Shown here one piece after another: positions 53,948 through 63,206 of a stretch of DNA of 64,000 nt. The position numbers and the translations under genes are program-made. The stretch spans positions 256,001 through 320,000 of the forward strand of contig JBBQZX010000002.1 of the NCBI GenBank assembly GCA_038207335.1, written 5' to 3'. The DNA comes from Chthoniobacterales bacterium (lineage in GTDB: Bacteria > Verrucomicrobiota > Verrucomicrobiia > Chthoniobacterales > Chthoniobacteraceae). The notes under the pieces were generated by a model. The model worked only from the letters and a program-made list of their open reading frames with translations, had not been told where the DNA came from and did no database searches. Position 1 is the stretch's first letter; every line of letters starts with the position of its first letter.

Positions 53948-55864
53948 CTATTTGTAGCTCCGAGTCGCGAGGTGAATGTTGTCGAACTCCAGCGGCTCGA
54001 CGTGCCGCTCAGGCTTCACGCCGTCCCCCTTGAACTCCCACGCCGCGACGTGCGCGAACTCCTCATCGTTCCGCTTCGCTTCTCCGTCCGCTGTCTGGAA
54101 TTCCTCACGAAAATGCCCACCGCACGACTCCCGCCGCTCCAGTGCGTCCAAGCACATCAGCTCGCCGAACTCCAGGAAATCCGCGACCCGCCCCGCCTTC
54201 TCCAACGCCTGATTCAGCTCCTCGCCGCTGCCAGTCACGTTCACATTTTGCCAGAACTCCTCGCGCAACGTCGGGATGCGCTTTAGCGCCCGCTGCAACG
54301 ACTTCTCAGTCCGCCCCATCCCGCACAAATCCCACATCAGCAGCCCCAACTCCCGGTGAAACGAATCCACCGAGCGCCGCCCCTTGATCCCCAGCAGCCG
54401 CGCCGTCCGCGCCTTCACCTCGGCCTCTGCCTTCTGAAACTCCGCGTGATCCGCCGCCGGCCGCTTCCCGAGCTGATCCGCCAGATAATTCCCGATCGTG
54501 CTCGGCAGCACGAAATACCCGTCCGCCAGCCCTTGCATCAGTGCGCTCGCTCCGAGCCGATTCGCGCCGTGGTCGGAAAAATTCGCCTCTCCCAGCACGA
54601 ACATCCCCGGAATCGTGGACATCAAATCGTAATCCACCCACAGCCCGCCCATCGTGTAGTGCACCGCCGGGAAAATCCGCATCGGCGTGCGATACGCATT
54701 CTCCCCGGTGATCTGCTCGTACATCTCGAAAAGATTCCCGTACCGCTCCCGCACCACATCCTCGCCCAGCCGCTTGATCGCATCCGCAAAGTCCAGATAC
54801 ACCCCGAGCCCCGTTTCCCCCACGCCGCGCCCCTCATCGCACACCTGCTTCGCCGCGCGCGATGAAATATCCCGCGGCGCCAGATTCCCGTAGCTCGGAT
54901 ATTTCCGCTCCAAATAATAATCCCGCTCGCCCTCCGGAATCTCCCCCGGCGCCCGCTTGTCCCCCTTCTTCACCGGCGCCCACACCCGCCCGTCATTCCG
55001 CAACGACTCGCTCATCAGGGTCAGCTTGCTCTGGTAGTCACCCGTCACCGGGATGCACGTCGGGTGAATCTGCGTGTAGCACGGGTTCGCGAACATCGCT
55101 CCCTTCTTGTAGGCCCGCCACGTCGCCGTCACGTTGCACCCCTTCGCGTTGGTGGAAAGATAGAACACATTCCCATACCCACCCGTCGCGAGGATCACGC
55201 AGTCCCCAGCGTGCGAGCTGATCTCCCCCGACACCAAGTCCCGCACCACAATCCCCTTCGCGTGCCCGTCCACGAGCACCACATCCAGCATCTCCGTCCG
55301 CGGATACATCGTCACTGACCCGCGTGCGATCTCCTTGTTCAGCGAAGAGTAAGCCCCCAGCAAAAGCTGCTGCCCCGTCTGACCCCGTGCGTAGAAAGTC
55401 CGCGACACCTGCGCCCCGCCGAACGACCGATTCGCCAGCAGCCCACCGTATTCCCGCGCAAACGGCACACCCTGCGCCACACACTGGTCGATGATATTCG
55501 CGCTCACCTCCGCCAACCGATACACATTCGCCTCCCGCGACCGGAAATCCCCGCCCTTCACCGTGTCGTAAAACAGCCGGAACACCGAGTCCCCGTCATT
55601 TTGGTAGTTCTTCGCCGCATTGATCCCCCCCTGCGCCGCGATCGAGTGCGCCCGCCGCGGCGAGTCTTGGTAGCAGAAGCACTTCACCTTGAACCCCAGT
55701 TCCCCCAGCGTCGCCGCCGCCGCCGCCCCTGCGAGTCCCGAGCCCACCACTATGATCTCATACTTCCGTTTGTTCGCCGGATTGATCAGCTTCGACTCAA
55801 ACTTATATTTCTCCCACTTCGTCTCCAGCGGGCCGTCCGGAATCTTGGAATTGAGAGCGCTCAT
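53948..55864 (-). CDS. sdhA: Succinate dehydrogenase/fumarate reductase flavoprotein
   Basis: [32 protein letters not shown]; start MSALNSK at 55864. Confidence 0.97.
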   Translation of the reverse strand: MSALNSKIPDGPLETKWEKYKFESKLINPANKRKYEIIVVGSGLAGAAAAATLGELGFKVKCFCYQDSPRRAHSIAAQGGINAAKNYQNDGDSVFRLFYDTVKGGDFRSREANVYRLAEVSANIIDQCVAQGVPFAREYGGLLANRSFGGAQVSRTFYARGQTGQQLLLGAYSSLNKEIARGSVTMYPRTEMLDVVLVDGHAKGIVVRDLVSGEISSHAGDCVILATGGYGNVFYLSTNAKGCNVTATWRAYKKGAMFANPCYTQIHPTCIPVTGDYQSKLTLMSESLRNDGRVWAPVKKGDKRAPGEIPEGERDYYLERKYPSYGNLAPRDISSRAAKQVCDEGRGVGETGLGVYLDFADAIKRLGEDVVRERYGNLFEMYEQITGENAYRTPMRIFPAVHYTMGGLWVDYDLMSTIPGMFVLGEANFSDHGANRLGASALMQGLADGYFVLPSTIGNYLADQLGKRPAADHAEFQKAEAEVKARTARLLGIKGRRSVDSFHRELGLLMWDLCGMGRTEKSLQRALKRIPTLREEFWQNVNVTGSGEELNQALEKAGRVADFLEFGELMCLDALERRESCGGHFREEFQTADGEAKRNDEEFAHVAAWEFKGDGVKPERHVEPLEFDNIHLATRSYK

Positions 55865-56568
55865 TGAGAAATCGTCGCAAAATTGATCCAACCCATCCAC
55901 ACCGCCAGCGGCACAGACACAAAACCCGCAAAAATCACCCAAGCCAGCACGCGACCTCCCACCCGCAGCGGCCCCAGCGTCTTCCGCGAAGTCAGCCCCA
56001 GCGTCTGCAGCAGCGACGAAAACCCGTGGCTCAAGTGCAGCGCCAGCAAAAACAGCCCCAGCACATAAAATCCCGTCACCACCGGATGCCCGCGGAACCC
56101 CCGAATCACCATCGAATGCACATCATACTCCGTCGCCAGCGTCCCCCCCTCCGACACTGCCCGCAGCGCCGGATCCACCGTCCGCGTCGTGAAATGCAGA
56201 ACATGAAAGACCACAAATCCTAGCACGATTAGCCCCGACACTGCCATCAACCTCGACGCCCACCCCGCCTCCCGGTAGGTCCGCGTCGCATACCCCTCCG
56301 GTCGCGCCGCCCGATTCTGCACCACGAGCGCGATCGTCACCCCGATGTGAGTTAAAAAGCACGCGATCAGGAACACCCGCACCACCCATAGCACGCGCGG
56401 CATCGAGTGGAGGAAAACGGCGTACCCATTGATCTGCTTCGGCTGCGAAAAGATCTGCAAATTCCCCGCCATGTGCCCGATCACATAAGCCACCAGCACG
56501 ATCCCCGTCAGAGCCACCACCCATTTCTTGCCGATCGAAGAAGAGAAAAACGCGGAGATGGGATTCAC
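55861..56568 (-). CDS. sdhC: Succinate dehydrogenase cytochrome b subunit
   Basis: [28 protein letters not shown]; five TM helices. The start is GTG 56568 or TTG 56583. Confidence 0.93.
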   Translation of the reverse strand: MNPISAFFSSSIGKKWVVALTGIVLVAYVIGHMAGNLQIFSQPKQINGYAVFLHSMPRVLWVVRVFLIACFLTHIGVTIALVVQNRAARPEGYATRTYREAGWASRLMAVSGLIVLGFVVFHVLHFTTRTVDPALRAVSEGGTLATEYDVHSMVIRGFRGHPVVTGFYVLGLFLLALHLSHGFSSLLQTLGLTSRKTLGPLRVGGRVLAWVIFAGFVSVPLAVWMGWINFATISQ

Positions 56569-56729
56569 GAGAAAGAGCCGCAAAATTTACCGAGCCTCAG
56601 CCTCTTGAAAAGCACGAAATTGCCCCGGCCTCAAACTTCCTGCGCTCCGCGTTTTAGAGGGGAAGCGCGGGGAACCTCTTCCCGGAAGCAGTCACCGCGA
56701 CGCTCGACTCCGGTCGCGGCAAGGCGTGG

Positions 56730-57203
56730 TCAAGGAGTTTGGTCTTGGAGTTGGTAGAAGACATCGGTGCGGATTTTTGATGGGTCGGTGTTCCAGCTTT
56801 CGTCCCAGTGGCCATAGACTTCCCATGAGATGCCCGTGAGGAGATGTCCGTGCTTGGCGCACCAGTGGCGAAGACTGGTGTGGGCTTCGGAGAGTCGTTG
56901 GTAGGGGCCGAGGTGGACGGTGGTGGCGACGCGCCCCGCGGGCAACTGAGAGCAATGGATGCGGTCGTTGCCGGTAAAGGGTGCGAATACCTCGGCACCG
57001 ACCTCGACCGAACCTTGGGCGTCCAGATACAAAGCGATATGGCGGCCTGGCTTTGGCAGGCCAGCGGAGCGGGCGAATGCCCAGACTTCGCCGCACGCTG
57101 CGGGGACAAATCTCGAAAGCTCTCGGGGATGCACGCGGTCACGCACTACGGCCGTAAGCGTCACTTCTGAGTTCGTTATCGTCCGGGGTTGTTGCGTAGT
57201 CAT
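56730..57203 (-). CDS. GyrI-like small-molecule-binding protein
   Basis: LPAGRVATTVHLGPYQRL...SWEVYGHW...RTDVFY. Confidence 0.85.
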   Translation of the reverse strand: MTTQQPRTITNSEVTLTAVVRDRVHPRELSRFVPAACGEVWAFARSAGLPKPGRHIALYLDAQGSVEVGAEVFAPFTGNDRIHCSQLPAGRVATTVHLGPYQRLSEAHTSLRHWCAKHGHLLTGISWEVYGHWDESWNTDPSKIRTDVFYQLQDQTP

Positions 57204-57412
57204 TCTCGTGGTCTGCGTGCGATTCCAAAGGCTAGGAAAAGAACTACGAATGCGCCAGCGGAGACTGCGGCTCTGGCCCATGTGGAAGTAAGCTCGTAGC
57301 GGAGGGACATGAGCGATGCGAATAAAATGATGCCGATGACGACCGGCCAGACTCGCCGGGTGCTTTTGCTAGCCTGTGGTGATGGGGATGAGGTGTGCGT
57401 AGGTGTAATTAT
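57200..57412 (-). pseudogene. Small two-TM protein lacking a canonical start (ATA at 57412)
   Basis: Open frame ...RRVWPVVIGIILFASLMSLRYELTSTWARAAVSAGAFVVLFLAFGIARRPRE*; its stop overlaps the GyrI ATG (ATGA). Confidence 0.55.
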
Positions 57413-57478
57413 GAGGGAAGCTGCCTAGCGTGAAGACGACTGCGACGGTGGACGGGGGGAGGTGGAGGGTCGCTGGGT

Positions 57479-57502
57479 CGGGTGACGGGTGCGGCGTTGA
57501 AG
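57479..57502 (-). repeat. 24-bp dispersed motif, copy 2
   Basis: Minus strand CTTCAACGCCGCACCCGTCACCCG. Confidence 0.9.
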
Positions 57503-57569
57503 AGAAGGTGGCGATTTTGGAAAGTTGGGGGGAGTTTACAGAGAGGTTTTGGGGTGTGGTTATTTATCC

Positions 57570-57758
57570 GAAGTTTTCATGAGTGCCCCGGAAGTTCTTC
57601 CGCGGGCCTCGTGAGTTCTCATAGTTGCCCCGGAAGTTCTTTCGCAGCGGTCATGCATTTTCATGATGGCCCCGGAAGTTCTTCCGCAGGAGTCGTGCAT
57701 TTTCACGATGGCCCCGGAGCAGTCTCCCCGGGGTTTGAGAGTTCTAGGAGAAGCGGGG
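57570..57758. repeat. Array of about nine 21-bp units with alternating A/B (42-bp) higher-order period
   Basis: For example TGCATTTTCATGATGGCCCCG / GAAGTTCTTCCGCAGGAGTCG, repeated in exact 21-bp phase. Confidence 0.9.
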
Positions 57759-57890
57759 GCAGGAATCGTTGAGCGCGTCATAATAGTTGGAGCGGCGGCG
57801 ATTACTGTGAAGGGCCGGGTATTTGTTTGTTGAGCAGCAACACGTTTAATCGCTCACACTTCTTAGCTCTTAGCCATCGGATATCAGCTA

Positions 57891-59045
57891 TCAGCCGAGT
57901 GCTTCGGCTAAGATGGCGACGGTGCGGTCTAGCTCGGCTTCGGTGTTGTAGAAGTGGGGGCTGAGGCGGAGGTAGTCGCGGCCTTCGCGGTCGTGGCGCA
58001 GGGAGGCGTAGATGTTGGCCTTTTCTAATATGCCGAAGAGTTCGGTGGAGCTGGCGGTGTCGTGGCGGAAGGTGGTGGTGCTGTGGGCGGCGGGGCCGCT
58101 GCGGGGGCCGAGGACGCGAAATCCGAGCGGGTCGAGGGCGCGGAGGAGGTGCGATTTTAACTCCCAAAGACGGGCGGCGATGGGCTCGATGCCGTGGCTG
58201 GCGATGAGGCGGAGGGCGGCGGTCATGCCGTAGATACCGGCGATGTTGAGGACGCCGGGCTCGTAACGCTGGGCGGTGGGGACGAAGTGGATTTCGTCTT
58301 GGGTCTGGAATTGGGGGGAGCGGACGTTCCATGCGCCGAGGAGGGTGGGGCGGAGGAGGTCGAAGTGGTCTTTTTTGACGAAGACGATGCCGATGGCCAT
58401 GGGGCCGAGCATCCATTTGTGGGCGTCGGCGCTGAGGAAATCGACGTGCTGGACGGAGAGCGGGAAGGCGCCGAGGGTCTGGATGGCGTCGAGGGAGAAG
58501 AGGACGCCGTGGGAGTGGAGGAGGGCGCCGATGGAGTCGATATCGATGCGGTATCCGGTAAAGAAGTGGGCGCTGGCGAGGGCGACGAGGCGGGTGCGAG
58601 GGGTGAGGGCGGCGGCGATGAGGTCGGGGGTGATGGCGCCGGGTTGGTCGGGCTGGAGGTAGCGGACGGTGACGCCGCGGCGGCGGAGGTCGAGCCACGG
58701 ATAGACGTTGGCGGGGTAGTCGCCGTGGTAGCAGAGGAGTTCGTCGCCGGACAGCCAGGGGATGCCATTGGCGATGAGGCTGAGGCCGAGGGAGGTGGGG
58801 CCGAGGAGGGCGATTTCGTCGGGGTCGGCGCCGATGAATGTGGCGCATGTCTTGCGGGCCTGGAGGATGTCGCGGAGGACGCGGTCGAACTCCTGGGGGC
58901 CCTCGGCGGACTGGCGGGTGTAGTCGCAGATGGCGTCGGCGACGATGCGCGGGAGAGGGCAGACGCCGGCGTGTGCGAGGAAGATTTTGTCGCGGGCGAC
59001 GGGGAATTGGCGGAGGCGCTCGGCTTCGTCGGGGAAGAGGGTCAT
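57891..59045 (-). CDS. Class V PLP aminotransferase (cysteine desulfurase/lyase-like)
   Basis: DAIQTLG, SADAHKWMLGP, RYEPG, RLSPHFYNT. Confidence 0.92.
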   Translation of the reverse strand: MTLFPDEAERLRQFPVARDKIFLAHAGVCPLPRIVADAICDYTRQSAEGPQEFDRVLRDILQARKTCATFIGADPDEIALLGPTSLGLSLIANGIPWLSGDELLCYHGDYPANVYPWLDLRRRGVTVRYLQPDQPGAITPDLIAAALTPRTRLVALASAHFFTGYRIDIDSIGALLHSHGVLFSLDAIQTLGAFPLSVQHVDFLSADAHKWMLGPMAIGIVFVKKDHFDLLRPTLLGAWNVRSPQFQTQDEIHFVPTAQRYEPGVLNIAGIYGMTAALRLIASHGIEPIAARLWELKSHLLRALDPLGFRVLGPRSGPAAHSTTTFRHDTASSTELFGILEKANIYASLRHDREGRDYLRLSPHFYNTEAELDRTVAILAEALG

Positions 59046-59281
59046 GGCTCGGGATCGCTGTGTGGAGGCCGGTCGGTGAGCTTTGTGGTGACGGTGAAGT
59101 CGCGCTCGGTGAGGGTCTCGCCGGTTTTTTCGTCGGTGAAAGTCTGCGCGGCGGCGGAGAAGTTGGGCTTCGGCGGGAGGGGGATTTCCGGCGGGGTGCG
59201 GAAGCGGGCGATCAGCATGACGAGGCCGATGAATGTGGTGAAGATGCCCATCGCGATGCAGAAGAGCAGGCGGAGGTTCAT
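59042..59281 (-). CDS. Small single-TM hypothetical protein
   Basis: ATGA overlaps with both neighbours; N-terminal TM helix. Confidence 0.7.
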   Translation of the reverse strand: MNLRLLFCIAMGIFTTFIGLVMLIARFRTPPEIPLPPKPNFSAAAQTFTDEKTGETLTERDFTVTTKLTDRPPHSDPEP

Positions 59282-59646
59282 CCGCTTTTCTTCGTCTGCT
59301 GCGCCTCCTCGATCAGCTTCCAGAAACCGCCCTGCTGACCAAGTTGCTCATCCTCTGCGGGCATCGGAAGCTTCGCACGGAAGAGGAAGTCGCGGATGGT
59401 GTTTTTATGCAGCACGCGGTGGATGGTGATGCCCTCGGGTGAGCGCGCGAAGTAGATGCGGTAGTCCTTTGCGCGGTAGCGGTGGAGCTTTTGACCGTCG
59501 CGCTCGATGAGTCCGAATTTCTCGTCGTCGAGCTTGTCCAAGTCTTCCGGCAGGACCTCGAACTCCATGAGCAGGTCGAGCTGGAGTTCTTTGGGGAGCG
59601 CGGCCATTTCGGCGGCGCTGATGGCGTTGAAGACGATCTGGAACAT
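59278..59646 (-). CDS. RelE/ParE-fold-like protein
   Basis: MFQIVFN...LHRYRAKDYRIYF...ITIHRVLH. Confidence 0.7.
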   Translation of the reverse strand: MFQIVFNAISAAEMAALPKELQLDLLMEFEVLPEDLDKLDDEKFGLIERDGQKLHRYRAKDYRIYFARSPEGITIHRVLHKNTIRDFLFRAKLPMPAEDEQLGQQGGFWKLIEEAQQTKKSG

Positions 59647-59683
59647 TTGCTCGGGAATAGAGCGCGGGCGCGGCGGCGGCGCG

Positions 59684-59770
59684 AGTTTTCAGTTTGCAGT
59701 GTGCGGTTTTCAGTATTCAGAAAACGCCGCACGCCGACCCAAAGCTGAAACTGAAAACTGGATACTGAAC
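59684..59770. repeat. Inverted heptamer-repeat element between divergent genes
   Basis: (GTTTTCA)-like units on the left and (CTGAAAA)-like units on the right. Confidence 0.7.
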
Positions 59771-59774
59771 TCCG

Positions 59775-60767
59775 ATGACTTGGTTTAATTTCAGCTTTCA
59801 AGATTTCGCTGTGGCCTTTCTCAGCGTGCTGTTCGAGGGCATTCCCTACCTGCTGCTCGGCTCGCTCATTTCGGGACTCGTGGATGTTTTCGTATCGTCC
59901 GAACGGCTCACGAGTCTGCTGCCGAAGCGGCCCGCGTCGGCGATTTTTTTGAGCGGGTTGCTCGGGATTATTTTCCCAATGTGCGAGTGCGGAAGCGTCA
60001 TCGTGATCCGGCGCTTTTTGAAAAAGGGACTGCCGCTTTCCTGCGCAACGACTTACATGCTCGCCGCGCCGATCGTGGGACCGATTGTGGCGCTGAGCAC
60101 CTGGCAGGCATTCAGCCAGAGCGCGAATCCGGGGCCGCTACTGATGGTCTCCCTGCGGCTCGGGATCGGGTATCTCATCGCGGTCACGGTGGGCTTCATC
60201 GTGCAGAATATCTCGGCGGATCGCATCCTGCAGCCAGGCGTGATCGCGACGCGGAAGCGCGGCGGGCTGAGCATCGCAAGCGCGCCGACGACACAGGATT
60301 TCAGCGAACTCGCGGCGGAGGCGAGCGTGCCGCGCAAGCTGCTGATGGCGGTGCAATCGGCGACGTCCGATTTTCTCGACGTCGGTTTTTACTTCATCAT
60401 CGGCACGGCGATCACCTGCGTTTTCAACACCGGCATCCGGCAGGAAGTGCTCTCGATTTTCACCACGACTCCGCTGCTGGCGATCGTCGCGCTCATGGTG
60501 CTCGCCGCGCTGCTCGCGCTGTGCAGCACGACGGATGCGTTCGTGGCGTGGACCTTCACGGCGTTCCCGGCATCGGCCAAACTGGCGTTCCTCGTATTCG
60601 GACCGCTGTTCGACCTGAAGCTTTTCTGGCTCTACAGCCTCATCTTTCAGAAGCGCTTCGTCGCCGCGCTCGCGCTCGGGATTTTTGTCGTCGTGGCGAT
60701 TATTTGCTGGCGGCTGGATGCGTTGCAGATTCTCGGTCCGTCCGCTACTTTGCCCACATCGCCATGA
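59775..60767 (+). CDS. DUF318/UPF0718 permease
   Basis: FPMCECG, MLAAPIV, ALCSTTDAF, GPLFDLK. Confidence 0.9.
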   Translation: MTWFNFSFQDFAVAFLSVLFEGIPYLLLGSLISGLVDVFVSSERLTSLLPKRPASAIFLSGLLGIIFPMCECGSVIVIRRFLKKGLPLSCATTYMLAAPIVGPIVALSTWQAFSQSANPGPLLMVSLRLGIGYLIAVTVGFIVQNISADRILQPGVIATRKRGGLSIASAPTTQDFSELAAEASVPRKLLMAVQSATSDFLDVGFYFIIGTAITCVFNTGIRQEVLSIFTTTPLLAIVALMVLAALLALCSTTDAFVAWTFTAFPASAKLAFLVFGPLFDLKLFWLYSLIFQKRFVAALALGIFVVVAIICWRLDALQILGPSATLPTSP

Positions 60768-61615
60768 GTAAAATTTTCTCCCGCTGGCTTCCCTGCGCCA
60801 CGCTCGCGACTTGGAGCGCGATCCTGCTCTACTTCTTTTTCAGCGGACGCATCCACTCGCTCCTCGCGCCGCCCTTTCGGCCGTGGGTGCTGGCCGCGGG
60901 GCTCGTGCTCGGTCTCATGTCCGCGACGTTTCTTTTCGCGCCCGCCGATGCGTCGTGCTGCGCGGCGGCGGATTGCGGGCCGACGCTCGCGCGGCTGCCG
61001 ATCGGAAAAGTGCTGACCTTTGTGACGCTGCTCCTGCCGGTCGTCGCTGCGGCGTTCGTGTCGCCGGATTCGTTTGGGAAAGCGGCGATCGAAAACCGCG
61101 GAATCGACACGACCGGCGCGGTGCTCCCGGCTCGCACGGTGTCCACTTTTACTCCGCCAGAGATGCCGCTGCCGACAAAAGACGGCTCCCCTGCCCCGGC
61201 GCCCGCTGCTGCCGAGCCTGCGTCGCCCGTCGATTACCTCCAGCGCTCGCCGGATGGGAACATCGTGGCAGAGGTGCTCGACCTGCTCTACGCGGCGCAG
61301 GACGAGGGGTTGCGGAAAGATTTCGAGGGGAAAAAGGTGGAGCTCGTCGGGCAACTCATGCCGGATAAATCGGGCGGCGCGAATGGCGTGCCGCGGTTCA
61401 AGGCAGTGCGGATGTTCATGACGTGCTGCGCCGCCGACGCACGTCCGGTCGCGACCTTGGTGGAGACCGACAAGCTGCCCGAACTACCGGAAATGACGTG
61501 GGTGAAGATCACGGGCGTCTCGACTTTCCCAATGGAAAAAGGAAAACGCACCGCCGTTCTCCAAGCCGAACGCGTGGAAAAAACCGCGCCGCCCGACGAG
61601 GCGATGCTGTTTTAG
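60764..61615 (+). CDS. TIGR03943/DUF1980 (YcgQ-like) membrane partner of the permease
   Basis: RMFMTCCAADARPV; three N-terminal TM helices; ATGA overlap. Confidence 0.85.
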   Translation: MSKIFSRWLPCATLATWSAILLYFFFSGRIHSLLAPPFRPWVLAAGLVLGLMSATFLFAPADASCCAAADCGPTLARLPIGKVLTFVTLLLPVVAAAFVSPDSFGKAAIENRGIDTTGAVLPARTVSTFTPPEMPLPTKDGSPAPAPAAAEPASPVDYLQRSPDGNIVAEVLDLLYAAQDEGLRKDFEGKKVELVGQLMPDKSGGANGVPRFKAVRMFMTCCAADARPVATLVETDKLPELPEMTWVKITGVSTFPMEKGKRTAVLQAERVEKTAPPDEAMLF

Positions 61616-62343
61616 AGCGGCTGAAGCAGCGCTTGTTGCTGCGCCTCGAGGAGGTCGGTGATGCCGCTTTTTCCGAGCGTGAGCATGGCGGCGAGTTGGT
61701 CTTCGGTGAAGGTGGTTTCTTCACCGGAGCCTTGCAGTTCGACGAGCTGTCCGTCGGCGGTCATCACAAGATTCATGTCCACGGCGGCGTCTTTGTCCTC
61801 GATGTAATTGAGATCGAGCAACGCCTCGCCCGCGACGATTCCGACGCTCACGGCGGCGACGAATTTCATGATCGGGTTGCGCTTGATGAGCTTGGCCTCG
61901 AGCAACTCCTGAAACGCCAGCGCCGCCGCGACGCACGCGCCGGTGATGGACGCCGTGCGCGTGCCGCCGTCGGCCTGAAGCACGTCGCAGTCGATGCAAA
62001 GCGTGCGCGGGCCGAGCGCGTCAAGATCGATCACGGCGCGCAACGAACGCCCGATGAGGCGCTGGATTTCCACGCTGCGGCCGTCGAGCCGGCCTTTGGA
62101 AATGTCGCGTGGCTTCCTCTGCAAAGTGGAGTATGGGAGCATGGAATACTCCGCGGTGATCCAGCCGCCGGCGACTTTCTGTTCCTTCATCCAGCGTGGG
62201 ACTTGTTCCTCGATCATGGCGCTGCAAATGACGCGGGTGTCGCCGAAGCAGACGAGCACGGAGCCGGTCGAGTGCGGGGCGAAATCGCGGACGAAGGAGA
62301 TGGGGCGGAGTTGGTCGGGCGTGCGGCCGTCGTGGCGGGTCAT
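61612..62343 (-). CDS. rph: Ribonuclease PH
   Basis: RHDGRTPDQLRP, GWITAEYSMLP, EIQRLIGRSLR, QADGGTRTASITG. Confidence 0.97.
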   Translation of the reverse strand: MTRHDGRTPDQLRPISFVRDFAPHSTGSVLVCFGDTRVICSAMIEEQVPRWMKEQKVAGGWITAEYSMLPYSTLQRKPRDISKGRLDGRSVEIQRLIGRSLRAVIDLDALGPRTLCIDCDVLQADGGTRTASITGACVAAALAFQELLEAKLIKRNPIMKFVAAVSVGIVAGEALLDLNYIEDKDAAVDMNLVMTADGQLVELQGSGEETTFTEDQLAAMLTLGKSGITDLLEAQQQALLQPL

Positions 62344-62537
62344 GGGGCGCGGAACGTAGAAGCGACTTCGTGCAGATTCCAGTAAGTATTCTTCAAGCGT
62401 AGAAGCGATCGGCAGAAACCCGAGTGCGACATCGACAGGAGCGGGCGGAATGGCGTGGGCTCTCAGCCGCCCATCACCGCAAAATATGCTTGCAACTTCA
62501 CCTCCACACATTAATTCTCCGGATTCCCTATCGACAA

Positions 62538-63206
62538 ATGAACTCTGACGAAATCGAGACCGCAAACGCTGAACTTCTCAAAAAATCCCCGCTCGAAATC
62601 GTGCGCTGGGCGATCGACCAGGCCGACGGGCGCGCGATCGTTTCGACGAATTTTCGACCTTATGAAGCTGTGATTTTACACCTCGCCACGCAGGCGCTGC
62701 CGGAAATCCCGGTGCTGTGGATCGACCACGGCTACAACAAACCGGCGACCTACACGCATGCCGAGGAACTGAAGAAGCTGCTCGGGCTGAACATCAAACC
62801 CTTCGTCCCGCGCATGACTGCGGCGCATTACGACGCGATCCACGGCGGCGCGCCGGAGCCGACGCCGGAGAATGAGGAGCGCATCAAGGCCTTTAGCACC
62901 GTGATGAAGCTGGAGCCGTTTCAGCGTGGGATGCGCGAACTCGCACCGACCGTGTGGATCACAGCGCTGCGGAAAGTGCAGAATCCGAACCGCGCCGGCC
63001 TCGACATCGTGAGCGCGGACGCCAATTTCGGGAGCTTGAAAATCAGCCCCGTCTTTCACTGGAATGACAAACAGATGCACGAATATTGCGAAGCGCACGG
63101 CCTGCCGAACGAATGGGATTATTTCGATCCAGCGAAGGCGGATGAGAAGCGCGAGTGCGGCCTGCACGCGACTTGGGGCGGCGAAGCGGTGAGCGCGACG
63201 CGATGA
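62538..63206 (+). CDS. cysH: PAPS/APS reductase
   Basis: STNF, WIDHGY, KLEPF, KRECGLH. Confidence 0.9.
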   Translation: MNSDEIETANAELLKKSPLEIVRWAIDQADGRAIVSTNFRPYEAVILHLATQALPEIPVLWIDHGYNKPATYTHAEELKKLLGLNIKPFVPRMTAAHYDAIHGGAPEPTPENEERIKAFSTVMKLEPFQRGMRELAPTVWITALRKVQNPNRAGLDIVSADANFGSLKISPVFHWNDKQMHEYCEAHGLPNEWDYFDPAKADEKRECGLHATWGGEAVSATR

